Assembly (NCBI RefSeq): GCF_006345805.1
Contig: NC_043008.1
Coordinates: 62,558,001-62,622,000 of the forward strand
Length of the DNA stretch: 64,000 bases
Direction of reading: 5' to 3'
DNA from: Octopus sinensis
Lineage: Eukaryota
This document shows, in pieces, positions 37,086 to 47,942 of the stretch. The notes under the pieces are model-generated. The model was not told where the DNA came from. It worked only from the letters and a program-made list of their open reading frames with translations, and searched no databases. The position numbers were made by a program, and so were the translations under genes. The number at the start of each line of letters is the position of its first letter. The stretch's first letter is position 1.

Positions 37086-38505
37086 TGATCCTACTCAGTT
37101 TGTAGAAAAGTTGTAGACAAGAATTTTATATAGTGTACCCAGTGAAAGCTATTGCCACACAAGAGGTGCAGAGGAATAATAGGGAGGTTATCAGAGAAAA
37201 TAGTGTTTATATATGGAAGATGCACGAGAGCCATAAAAACTACAGATAGTTGGGAAACTGATTTTCTTAAATGCATTGGAGGATTTTTCCACTACCTAAG
37301 GGACCAAATTAGCTGTGGGGCAGTATGTACAGAAGGTGTAATAACTAGAAAAAGAATAAGATGGAAGAAATCCTGAGAATTTATACCTCGGTTGACAACC
37401 AAAGTTTGCCCTCTCTGAGTGAAAGGAAAATTGCATGATGCATGAATATGAATAGCAATTTTACATAGTTGGGAGATGTTGGGCCCTGAATACAGAGGAC
37501 ATATGAAGATTAGAAAGGAATAAAGCTAATATGCTCCACTGGATGTGCAATGATTATCATCTTCATCATCATCGTTGTTATCATCGTCATCGTTTTCGTC
37601 AACATCATCATCATCATCATTGTCATTATTGTCATCCGATGCTTTCTCCTTCTCCTTATCACCCTCACCATAATGATTATAGCCCTTGTCATGATCCCCT
37701 CCCCCGTTACCATTCTCCTCCTCCTCCTCATCATCATTATCATTTTCGTCGTTGTCATCAGAGTACATGTGTAACAGAATGCCAGTGTGTTGAGAGGAAA
37801 GTTAGACACAAGAGGAATTATATGCAGTGTGCAAGAGAAGAGACTATGCTGGTTTGACCTGTGATGCATATGAAGGTGGACAGCTCCAAGACCAAGGAAG
37901 ACATGGGATGAAGTACCGAAGGATAACTTCAGGACACTGAACCTTTTGGAGGTGATTACAAAGAACTATGATATCTGGTGCCCTGCTGTACTCAAGAAGA
38001 CACATCCTCTAGAATAGAAGTGTTAAGGCTGCTCCCCTGGTTAAGGAGATTGGCCTGCAAGAGCTTTGTGCCGGTGCCATGTTAAAGGGTTCATGCAGTG
38101 CCATGTTAAAAGCACCCAGTATACACTGTAAAGTAGCTGGTATTAGAAAGATCAAGGCAGCGAGCTGGCAGAAACGTTAGCACGCCGGGCGAAATGCGTA
38201 GCCGTATTTCGTCTGCCGTTACGTTCTGAGTTCAAACTCCGCCGAAGTCGACTTTGCCTTTCATCCTTTCGGGGTCGATAAATTAAGTACCAGTTATGCA
38301 CTGGGGTCGATATAATCGACTTAACCCGTTTGTCTGGCCTTGCTTGTCCTCTCAGTGTTTAGCCCCTTGTGGGTAGTAAAGAAATAGGTATTAGAAAGAT
38401 CATCCAGCTGTAGAAACCAAACCAAATGAGGCTGAAACCTGGTACAGGTCTCCAGTTTGCCAATTTGGAGAACAGATATTAGAGGGTAGAGATGATGATG
38501 ATGAT
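37086..38505 (+). mobile_element. Older RTE 3' fragment (same family as 12259-16106), interrupted twice
   Basis: PHKRCRGIIGRLSEKIVFI, FHYLRDQIS, MLHWMCN, VQEKRLCWF, then GCCATGTTAAAAGCACC repeats and GATGAT tail; interrupted by 37549-37761 and by SINE-A. Confidence 0.85.
38154..38386 (+). mobile_element. SINE-A with perfect 15-bp TSD
   Basis: GGTATTAGAAAGATC at 38139-38153 and 38387-38401. Confidence 0.95.
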
Positions 38506-38832
38506 GTGTGTATTTGTGTCTGTGCCCGTATGCCTGTATGCATGTGTTGGCATGTTGTGCTCCTTGTCTTGACATCAGTTGATGATTGTAAATGAGTGTC
38601 ACAGCTATACATGGGGTGTCACTCATTTTGCCAGTCTTCTGTGGAAGCATGTCGAGTCAGGAGGAATTATTACCTCACTTGGGAACAAATTAGATTTGGT
38701 GAGAAGATATCCAGCCATAGAAAATCTGCCTCATAAAAAGTTTCTGACCCTTTTCAAGCATGAAAATATGGATGTTGAAATGGTGATGATGATGATGAGG
38801 AAGAAGATGATGATAACAATGATGATGATCTG

Positions 38833-39167
38833 AGACCCCCTTCGGTGACGACACTGACTATGGGATTGCACCCAGAAAGTTACCCTCCCAGGCACAAGTC
38901 CAAGCAAGGTTGTTTATGGAAGACCAGCAGTCGCCCATGCATACCGGCCACCCCTCTCCACGCCACCAGTGTTATCCAAGGGAAAGGCAAGGGCCGATAC
39001 AGCTTGGCACCTGTGATGTCGCAACTCATTTCTAGAGCTGAGTAAACTGGAGCAACGTGAAATAAAGTGTCTTGCTCAAGAACACAACATGCAGCCCGAT
39101 CTGGGATTTGAGCTCACAACCTCACGATCCTAAGCTCCATGCTCTAACCACTGAGCCATGCGCCTTC
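38833..39167 (-). mobile_element. SINE-C
   Basis: Full-length match to family. Confidence 0.9.
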
Positions 39168-39291
39168 ACGATGATGATGACAATGATGAGGATTTTTGTG
39201 CGTATTTTCCTTTTAATACCGTTATTTTTGCACTGGCAAGGTATTCCTAGCATTCTTCATTGTTTATCATGTATCTAAATCTTCCCTTCCA

Positions 39292-39450
39292 TTAATTTCT
39301 CAGTTTCTGTTTTGAGGCAATCTGCAAAATTGTTTCTTCCAATTTCACCATCGTTTCAATCAATTCATCAATTCTTTCAACATGGATTCCATAAATTTGG
39401 TTGAAGTTTGATGTTATCCATTCTTTCAAACTTGCAAGCATTGTTTGTTC
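39292..39450 (-). CDS. Candidate minus-strand exon or decayed ORF (EQTMLASLKEWITSNFNQIYGIHVERIDELIETMVKLEETILQIASKQKLRN*)
   Basis: Strong acceptor TTTTATTCCTTATTAATCCTGCTAG, 52 open codons with helical protein-like composition. No homology recognised. Confidence 0.28.
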   Translation of the reverse strand, partial: EQTMLASLKEWITSNFNQIYGIHVERIDELIETMVKLEETILQIASKQKLRN

Positions 39451-39930
39451 CTAGCAGGATTAATAAGGAATAAAATATAAATATAAATCAGAAAAATTAT
39501 TAATTGTAAATAGAAACACATTTGAAAAAAATAAAATGGTAAAATATAAGTATAAAATATACAAGATACAAATACTGGGATTAAAAAAAAAATTGGATAA
39601 CAATTAATTACAATACAATATGATTTAGTTATTATACAAACTTAAGATTAATGCAATGCTCATCTTACAAATGTCAAGCTGACCGATGTGGAGTTTGTCT
39701 ACAGTAATAGAAGAATTATAAATAAATCAGAGCCAAGAATCAAATATGGATGAGGTTTGAGAAATAAAAATAGGAAAGTGTTATTGAGATAAACACATTT
39801 AAGTGATCACCCTGTTTGTCATTAATCTTCAGTGAGGATTTAATCATCAATAAGATGACTCGCTGTCTTTTTAATATGGTGAGAATACTATATACACAAA
39901 TACATGCTCATATATATATGTGTGTGTGTG

Positions 39931-39973
<43 letters not shown>

Positions 39974-40294
39974 TGTGTGTTTATACGCACTCATACATAT
40001 GCATATTTAGGTACATCTTATATATCCGTTGGCAGACATAAGCCAATACTTTCTTTCACAAAAGCATACATAGTCATAGGCTGGAAACATTTCCTAAATA
40101 TGATATCTGATGTTGAAAATATAAATTTAGTTTTAATAAACATTAATTAAAGAGAAAATTTTGGATATTACCATGCATTAAATGAATATTCAAAATGGCA
40201 TAAAGTAGCATCATAATGTTATTACAATGCTTTAAGGAGTAATTTATATAAGGGAGTTAACTGATATTAATGGCGAGATATAATCTTCCAGGAC

Positions 40295-40599
40295 CTCTAA
40301 TGTTCCTTCTCGAGCCATGCTTGGCTCATAAGAGCCGGTTTTCCAGTTTCCTTGGCGTATAGGTTCCGCACCTGGACGGGACACCAGTCCATCGCAGGTG
40401 AGCTGCAAGATGCAGGAGGAAAGAGTGAGAGAAAGTTGTGGCGAAAGAGTCAGCAGAAGTTCGCCATTACCTTCTGCCAGTGCCGCGTGAAGCTTAGGTG
40501 TTTCTCTCATAAACACACACATCGCCCAGTCTGAGATTCAAACCCACGATCCCTCGACTGCGAGTCCACTGCTCTAACCACTAGGCCATGTGCCTCCAC
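40295..40599 (-). mobile_element. SINE-D-related element
   Basis: Head GGAGGCACATGGCCTAGTGGTTAGAGCAGTGGACTCGCAGTC; body shares CTGGACGGGAC.CCAGT with 7533-7849. Confidence 0.85.
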
Positions 40600-40783
40600 A
40601 TATTTCACTTTGAACCAAAGTAAATTGTTTTTGTACACTAAGAAGTATATAATGCTGTTTCATATGTATGTGTAGGTCCTAATAATGGTTTAGTTGTATG
40701 AGCCAGAATCACTGCATTGGCTGGTTCATCACATGACTGTTGTGAGTGAATAGAGTCATGTTGAAATGTGACTGTGGAATATA

Positions 40784-41015
40784 TATTTCTTTACTACCCA
40801 CAAGGTATTAAACACAGAAGGGACAAACAAGGACAGACAAATGGATTAAGTCGATTACATCGCCCCCAGTGTGTAACTGGTACTTAATTTATCAACCATG
40901 AAAGGATGAAAGACAAAGTCGACCTTGGCGGAATTTGAACTCAGAACGTAATGGCAGACGAAATACTGCTACGCATTTCGCCCGGTGTGCTAACGTTTCT
41001 GCCAGCTAGCCGCCT
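40784..41015 (-). mobile_element. SINE-A with 16-bp TSD
   Basis: TGTGACTGTGGAATAT on both sides. Confidence 0.93.
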
Positions 41016-41573
41016 TGTGACTGTGGAATATAAAGATTCTTCGTCTGTTGAGAACTCATAATCAACAGGTTCTGCAAGGATTATTAAGGGCTAAAAATAT
41101 GAATATCACTGAACAATATATCACTAGACAATCCCCCTAGGAAACTTGTCAATAGTAAAATTTCTCTGTTGTCTTGATACCTTTTGTAAAAATTTGGTCA
41201 CATGTGTAGAGAGATTATATCAAATCTTGATTTTTCTGCATATGAGAATCATTAGCAGTTCAACAAGAGATACATCAGTAACAGAGGTGGGTGTAAGTCA
41301 ATAAACAAAAAGAAAACCATTTACTCTATTTTCAATTAATTCACAACTTTGGATTGAAAATTTCTTGAAAGCTACATTCAAAGATAAGACTTCTTGTTCA
41401 ACACTTCCATTGGACAATAGATGTTAACATGCACTGCTTACATGGTGCTTAGGAATTTGAAAAAAAAACAGAAATTCATTATATGTAAAAGCAAAACTGT
41501 AAAGTTTTCCAATGTAAAGTTTTCCAATGATTGCTGGAGAAATTGATGTGTTCACAGAGAAATTTTCAATTAA

Positions 41574-41798
41574 CCATTTCGTTACTGTATTTATTTTGAG
41601 ATGCTCTGTGTTTCTTTCAATTACTTCAAATATAACAAAGAATTTAGTAAAATAACTTAGTTATCATTAAGCTAGTGTTAGGAACATAAACTGTAACTAA
41701 GGTTTGGTGGAAGATTTTAATTCAAAACTCATAAAAACAAGACATTTGTACTCAGAGTACAAGACATTTGTACTTCAGCCAGGTTGGTAATGAAAGGG
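41574..41798. mobile_element. piggyBac-type MITE
   Basis: TTAA|CCATTTCGTTAC ... GTAATGAAAGGG|TTAA; TTAA TSD is characteristic of piggyBac. Confidence 0.8.
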
Positions 41799-42147
41799 TT
41801 AATATGAAGTAAGGGTAGTCAAAAGTATTTTATGCAGAAACGATCTTGTATAATCAATGTATAGATGACCCAATGGGCTACAAGCTTTCCCACAGCATGC
41901 CCTGGATTATTGACTTCCGTTTTGGCATTTATTTGATATTTATTGCTACCTCTAGTACATGTTCTATGTCACAGTTCATCTTTAAGCAGAAAATGTAACA
42001 TTTAGCAATGGGCCTGCAAATAAGGGGTGCAGGGAGTGCAAATGCACCCCCTAAAAGTTTTGTGGGGTGCAAAATCAAAATTTGTATCCCGTCTTACTTT
42101 TCTCACGTTTAGAAAACAGTGAGTAAAAAGTAACTTGAATTAGGTTT

Positions 42148-42498
42148 ACTGTGGCCATGCTGGAGCACCGCCTTTAGTTGAGCAAATCGACCCCAGGACT
42201 TATTCTTTGTAAGCCTACTACTTATTCTATCAGTATCTTTTGCTGAACCGCTAAGTTACGGGAATGTAAACACACGAGCATCGGTTGTCAAGCAATGTTG
42301 GGGGGACAAACACAGACACACATACACACACATACACATATATGTACGACGGGCTTCTTTCAGTTTCCGTCTACCAAATCCACTCACAAGGCTTTGGTCA
42401 GCTCGAGGCTATAGTAGAAGACACTTGCCCAAAGTGCCACACAGTGGGACTGAACCTGGAACCATGTGGTTGGTAAGCTAGCTACTTACCACGCAGCC
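42148..42498 (-). mobile_element. SINE-B
   Basis: Body match, tail missing. Confidence 0.9.
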
Positions 42499-42835
42499 GT
42501 AAAACATTTTGGGCCTAGGTTTACACTCCCTACGCAAATTTCATTCCCAAGTCAGTGCATTTAGGTTGTGCCTTCATTCTGCTAGTATGTGGGTGAGCCA
42601 GATATAGTTGACCAGGAACTTCACTTTGCAACTTTAGAAGGATGATTACTTGTGAGACACAAAGTAGGCAAACATAATGGATGGCTAACTCAGAGTTGCA
42701 TGATGAATAAGGATTTAATTTATTGAACAATCTGGTTTGTCAGGCTAGTCTTTTTTAATGTATTCAAATCTATGGCTAATAATCTAATTTTGATGAGAAT
42801 GCATATGAACTGATCTCTATGTTACTTATACACAG

Positions 42836-42941
42836 AAAAGATTGCTTATCCTTACTTTGTGTTTGATTATCAATACTCAGTGGAAGACTATTCATACAGT
42901 CATCAATTTTTGTTATTTATGTCCTTCTACAATGAATTATG
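42836..42941 (+). CDS. Candidate exon (phase 1-2) KIAYPYFVFDYQYSVEDYSYSHQFLLFMSFYNEL
   Basis: Branch-like CTGAT, acceptor CTCTATGTTACTTATACACAG, donor TG|GTAACA, 34 open codons with an in-frame stop immediately after the donor. Confidence 0.45.
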
Positions 42942-43482
42942 GTAACAGAAGTAGATTCCATCATGAGATTCTGATGGCAGTCATAGAAGGAATTGATTTG
43001 TTTTTAGTAAGGAATCCAAGAAGATATATATGACCAGTGATAATAGTAAACTGGCAGAGTTAAAACAGGTGAAACTTCTTAACACAATAATTTATGGACA
43101 ATTACAGTCAACCCCACTGCTTTCAATCTGACTATAATTTTGTTCAGCTGTAGAAAATGTCCAGGATATATGTATAATTGGACATTCAGAAGTGTCAAGC
43201 ATAATCTAAGATAAAAATCTTTCCAACTCTATAGGCTGTGATAGCATATGCCACCAGGAGAAGCTAATTTCAATCATATTATAGCAGAAATGCAACAGAA
43301 CACCATGCATGCTTCACCTTATCAAACACTTATCCATCTGATCCCAATCTCCATGTTACCGTATTTCTAAACAAATCTATGTAAAATCTCTGAATGAGTT
43401 GCTAAATTGAGTGGATGTTTAATAAAAAAAGGATTAATTGAACAAGGAACAGTGTTAAAATAGGTATTGGGGTTGATATCTT

Positions 43483-43792
43483 CTTCTTGTCTTGAGACAG
43501 CATTCATCCGGGGTGGGCTGAGCTGGCTTCATTCATCCTCAATGTTGCATCTCTCACAAACGCCGACAAGACCTGGTGATTTGAGGCTAACGACCGCATG
43601 ATCTCCAACCACTCCTTATTCTAGTGGCGAATGCCATAGATATGGGGGCCTAGGTTGGGTTCCAGATCAGCCTTGACTGTCATCAGCCAGGTTTTTCATT
43701 GTCCACCACATTGCTTTCGCCAACCTTGGGCAATTGCTTTGTAGATGAATTGTTGATATCTTCCAAGGGTGCCCAACATAGCCACAGTCCAG
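43483..43792 (-). mobile_element. 3' end of a second RTE family (SR2/Perere-3-like)
   Basis: Minus translation WRKQCGGQ*KTWLMTVKADLEP..YGIRH*NKEWL..AHPG* followed by a short CAAGA-type tail. Confidence 0.6.
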
Positions 43793-44739
43793 TGACTGAT
43801 ACAATTAAAAGCAGGGAACTATGTAGCTTACTGGTAAATCAATTAAATCAAGTGTTTCGCTTTATATCTGTGTAGTCTTTGATAATCTGAAATTCCATTA
43901 TGTGCTCTATCCATTGTGTTCTATCCAGCCACCTTAAGGAAGTCAGTTAACAACAGAAAAAAATTCAGATTTGAATCTCAGATTTAGTTTTTGGTTATTC
44001 ATTATTTAATAATTTGATAGATTAAGAATTTTTTTACCTTTTCATTGAAAGATAATTATGTGAGATAATTAACTACAACACCATAAATGAAGGAAATGAA
44101 AAATCATATCAGAGAATAAAAGTTCTTAATATCTTGGTATTTTCTAAGACACAAAAAAGAAAAAGAAAACAGTTGGCAGTGAAAATAATTATGAAGAAAC
44201 AATATTATTAATAACAATAGTAATACTACAATATTTTTTTTAATATAAAGAAATTTGAAATTATTTTTTTGCGTGTGTTATTTTGTCAAAGATCAGGGTA
44301 TTTCTCCTCTGTATTATTAATGATAATAGTTAAGTTGTATTATTGCTGTTCTTATTATTAATATTCATTTCTCACATTAGAACAATGCTACAGTAGCTAA
44401 TTATTGTAGAGTAAAAATATAGTTAATTGAAATGGCCTCAATCCATAACTGATACATTTTCCATGAGAAGCAAAAATCAATATTGCTTTGATTTAAACTT
44501 CACAGATTTAAGGTATGGAATTAAATATTTAAAGCACAATAAAAGATTATAGTGTCTTGTTTAAAAATATGGAATGGCAGGCTCTCAGGAATGTAACCAG
44601 TACCAGAGGTGACCAGCAAGCAATAGATATGTTATGGATCTGCCAATGACCTTAATGTTTTTGGGAGGTTTGTTTTTTCTTTCTTTCACAAATTGAAGAT
44701 TATAATGAATTAATTATATCTATAAGAAAACTTTAACAG

Positions 44740-44803
44740 TTTATTACACAAATTTTTATTCCCAAGTCCATATGCTGAACATGTTGCTGTCCAAAAATCT
44801 CAG
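44740..44803 (+). CDS. Candidate exon (phase 2-0) LLHKFLFPSPYAEHVAVQKSQ
   Basis: Acceptor CTTTAACAG, donor CAG|GTAAAT; phase-compatible with 42836-42941. Confidence 0.42.
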
Positions 44804-45231
44804 GTAAATATAAGATATGTGATATCATCATATCATCATTGTCGTTGTCATTGCTGTCATCATTTTTGTTGATGTCGTTGTCGTTGTCATCATCATCATC
44901 ACCATCATCACCAGCATTTGCTGTCTATCCTCCATGCTGCCATGGATCGAATGGTTTGGCAGGATCTAAAGTGTCAGAGGACCATGCCAAACTCAAGGGT
45001 CTGCTTTGGGATGGTTTCTAGGGTCAGATGAAATGCACTACTTTACACTGACCATGTCAGTGGTGATGATGATGATGTGGTCAGTGTACAGGATGCTTTT
45101 TTGTGGCACCAGTATCAATGAAATTGCCATATAATTTGCATGACAAAAATCCCCCTTGACCATGGGGTAATTTTGTTGAGAGGGAGCCAGATTTACATGA
45201 GGTGCCATCAGTATAGGAATGCATAATTGAA

Positions 45232-45485
45232 TCTTTACTCTTTTACTCTTTTATCACCGCCTTTAGTCGAACAAACTGACCCCAGGACTTATTCTTTGTA
45301 AGCCTAGTACTTATTTTATTGGTCTCTTTTGCTGACCCACTAAGTTAAGGGGATGTAAACACACCAACATCGGTTGTCAAGCGATGGTTGGGTGACAAAC
45401 ACAGAAACACAAATACACACTTTCTCTCTCACACACACACATATATATATACAATGAGCTTCTTTCAGTTTCTATCTACCATATC
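45232..45485 (-). mobile_element. SINE-B, partial
   Basis: Tail and body match. Confidence 0.8.
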
Positions 45486-45490
45486 CCCAC

Positions 45491-45571
45491 AGGCACATAT
45501 CGTAGTGGTTAGAGCGCGGAGTACTAACCCCAAGATTCCAAGTTCGATTCCAAGTTCAATTCCATTCAATT

Positions 45572-45649
<78 letters not shown>

Positions 45650-45668
45650 TAAAAATAATAATAATAAC

Positions 45669-45712
<44 letters not shown>

Positions 45713-45731
45713 TAAAAATAATAATAATAAC

Positions 45732-45772
<41 letters not shown>

Positions 45773-45791
45773 TAAAAATAATAATAATAAC

Positions 45792-45847
<56 letters not shown>

Positions 45848-46094
45848 GCCCATGGGCATATGGTGTAGTGGTTAAGAGCACAGGATACTAATCCCAAGAT
45901 TCCGAGTTCGATTTCAAGCAGTGACCTGAACAATAACAACAACAACAACAATAATTAGGAATGAGAACCCAAGTTCGAAATTTTCCCAAGACACCTGATG
46001 AAGGCCGGAGGGTATATCAGCCGAAACGTTGTGTTAACAATAAACAAGATGAGGACAAATATCCATCAAATGTAAATAATGTAAATAATGTAAA
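45491..46094 (+). mobile_element. tRNA-headed SINE with duplicated head, (AAT)n spacer, hammerhead motif and (ATGTAAATA)n tail
   Basis: Head 1 at 45491; head 2 at 45854 with A box TGGTGTAGTGG (45861) and B box GAGTTCGATT (45904); unique body 45955-46070; tail TGTAAATAATGTAAATAATGTAAA. Confidence 0.85.
45990..46035 (+). ncRNA. Minimal type I hammerhead ribozyme motif (Penelope-type)
   Basis: GACAC-CUGAUGA-A-GGCCGG-AGGGUAUA-UCAGCC-GAA-ACGU-U|GUGUU: stem I GACAC/GUGUU, stem II 5 of 6 pairs, palindromic ACGU stem III, GUU cleavage site after 46030. Activity untested. Confidence 0.75.
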
Positions 46095-47287
46095 CTGACT
46101 GATATTTCAGAGTAATCCAACAAATTCAACCAATATCAGACAATTTGTTTGATTGATCAGAGAAATAGTGATATGGATTCATCACTGAATCACAGTTTCG
46201 GCATTAATATAAGAAATACTATACAAATTGATGGAACTTTAACTAGTACCTTTGAAGAAAATTGTAAAATTTATCTTGGCTCTTTTTGCCAAAAAATATG
46301 ACTAAACAGCTAACGCTTGCTTTGATTTATTATAATAAATTCAAAGAAAGTATAGTTTGTTATGTTTTAAATTAGAAAATAATTGGGCTTTATTATGTTT
46401 ATCTAAAATATATAAAAACAGTTTCCTTCAGATATAATGTGCATTATTTTCATTTATCATATTTTGCTTTGTTTTTATTTTCTTAGATGTATATCAGTAA
46501 TTTCAGATTATACAATTCATGTTATCAGGAATAACGCAAATGCTTTTTTCTTCTTTTTTTTTTTTTGTTTTTTGATATTTTTGTCTTGATATTTCTTATT
46601 TTATTTTATTTTATTTTATTTTCACATTTTATTTCTTGTAATAATGTTTTGTGACTTGTATAGTATCTTATATTCAGCAGCAGCAGCGACTAATATAATA
46701 TCCTTTTTATGACACTTGTATTTGGTTCATGAACATATATGTATAGTGTCAAAATCATATTTCAAAGATTACTCATTATCAAGGTTCCTCTATATTATTA
46801 ACCGAGAGTTTCTCTTTAGAGCCCAAAAATGCATCTGTTTTGGACACTTAGTTCCTGCAAGGTACAGGTTTGTATTCAGCTTCATAAAAAAATTAATTTT
46901 TTTATTCTCCAATATATCTTTCCGGATCTCATATTCTTTAATAATTTCTACAGAGATTACAAATACATTTTTTCATCCCCTATCATTGGCTGATATTTTT
47001 TTTAAGCTTAGAAAATTGAAAAAAAATTTCTATTGAGATAAAATGTTTTGCATTGTAAACTATAATACCTTTTTTTTTTCATTTAGATTCTGAAAGTTAA
47101 TTCTGCTGATAAAACACATATCTAATTTTCATTATCTAAACAGATGTAACAAGTTTATTAAGATAAGCTACAGAGCAGCAGGATCCAAAAAACTAGAAAT
47201 AACCCGCATCAGTAAATAGAGTTTATAAACTTTTTATAAATGGAACAAAGCTGTGGGGCAGAGTAAATCTAACTAATTAATTTCAAG

Positions 47288-47315
47288 CTATTTGATAATA
47301 TCTTATTTGCTTCAG
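47288..47315 (+). CDS. Candidate 28-nt exon (phase 0-1) LFDNILFAS
   Basis: CTAAC/CTAAT branch-like sites, acceptor TTTCAAG, donor CAG|GTAAAG; phase-compatible with 44740-44803. Confidence 0.3.
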
Positions 47316-47619
47316 GTAAAGATCCTCTCAGCAATTTTGACTTTTTTTTTCTTCCCAATGATCTGATTTCTTCCAATTTTGAACTGTTGGACTCAGTGCA
47401 GAAGGCAAGTTGTAGAATATGGTGGAAGAAGTTAAGAACCATAAATGTTCCAGGTAGCTTGTTATAGAATTCCCAGATCAGTTTATTTTCTATGTAATAT
47501 TAACAAAGTTAATTACACCATGGATGATCAGAGCTGGAAATAAATTGTTAGAAATTTATACCACTCCATCATTATAGGGAAACATTTATATTAGACATAA
47601 AAAGCTTGATGCTATATTG

Positions 47620-47942
47620 AGACTCCCTTCGGTCATGAATGACCATGAGATTGCACCTACAAAGTTACACTCTGAGACACAAGTCCGGGCAAGGTTGCTT
47701 ATGGAAGACCATCAGTTGCCCATGCATACCAGCCTCCTCTCTCCATGCCACTGATGTTATCCAAGGGAAAAGCAAAGGCTGATACAGCTTGGCACCTGTG
47801 ATGTCGCAACTCATTTCTACAGCTGAGTGAACTAAAGCAACGTGAAATAAAGTGTCTTGCTCAAGAATACAACACACAGCCCAGTCCGAGAATCAAGCTT
47901 ACAACCTCTCGACCATAAGCTCAATGCTCTAACCACTGAGCC
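47620..47942 (-). mobile_element. SINE-C
   Basis: Family match. Confidence 0.88.

Noticed and set aside
45491-45930. tRNA genes at SINE heads (here and in SINE-B/C/D)
   Set aside because: A/B boxes are present but there is no complete cloverleaf, and the heads are fused to repeat bodies.
47316-47404. Alternative exon with GC donor (GKDPLSNFDFFFLPND..SVQK|GCAAGT)
   Set aside because: Uses the same AG|GT as the 47288-47315 candidate in the opposite role and is not phase-compatible with 44740-44803; cannot be chosen without RNA data.
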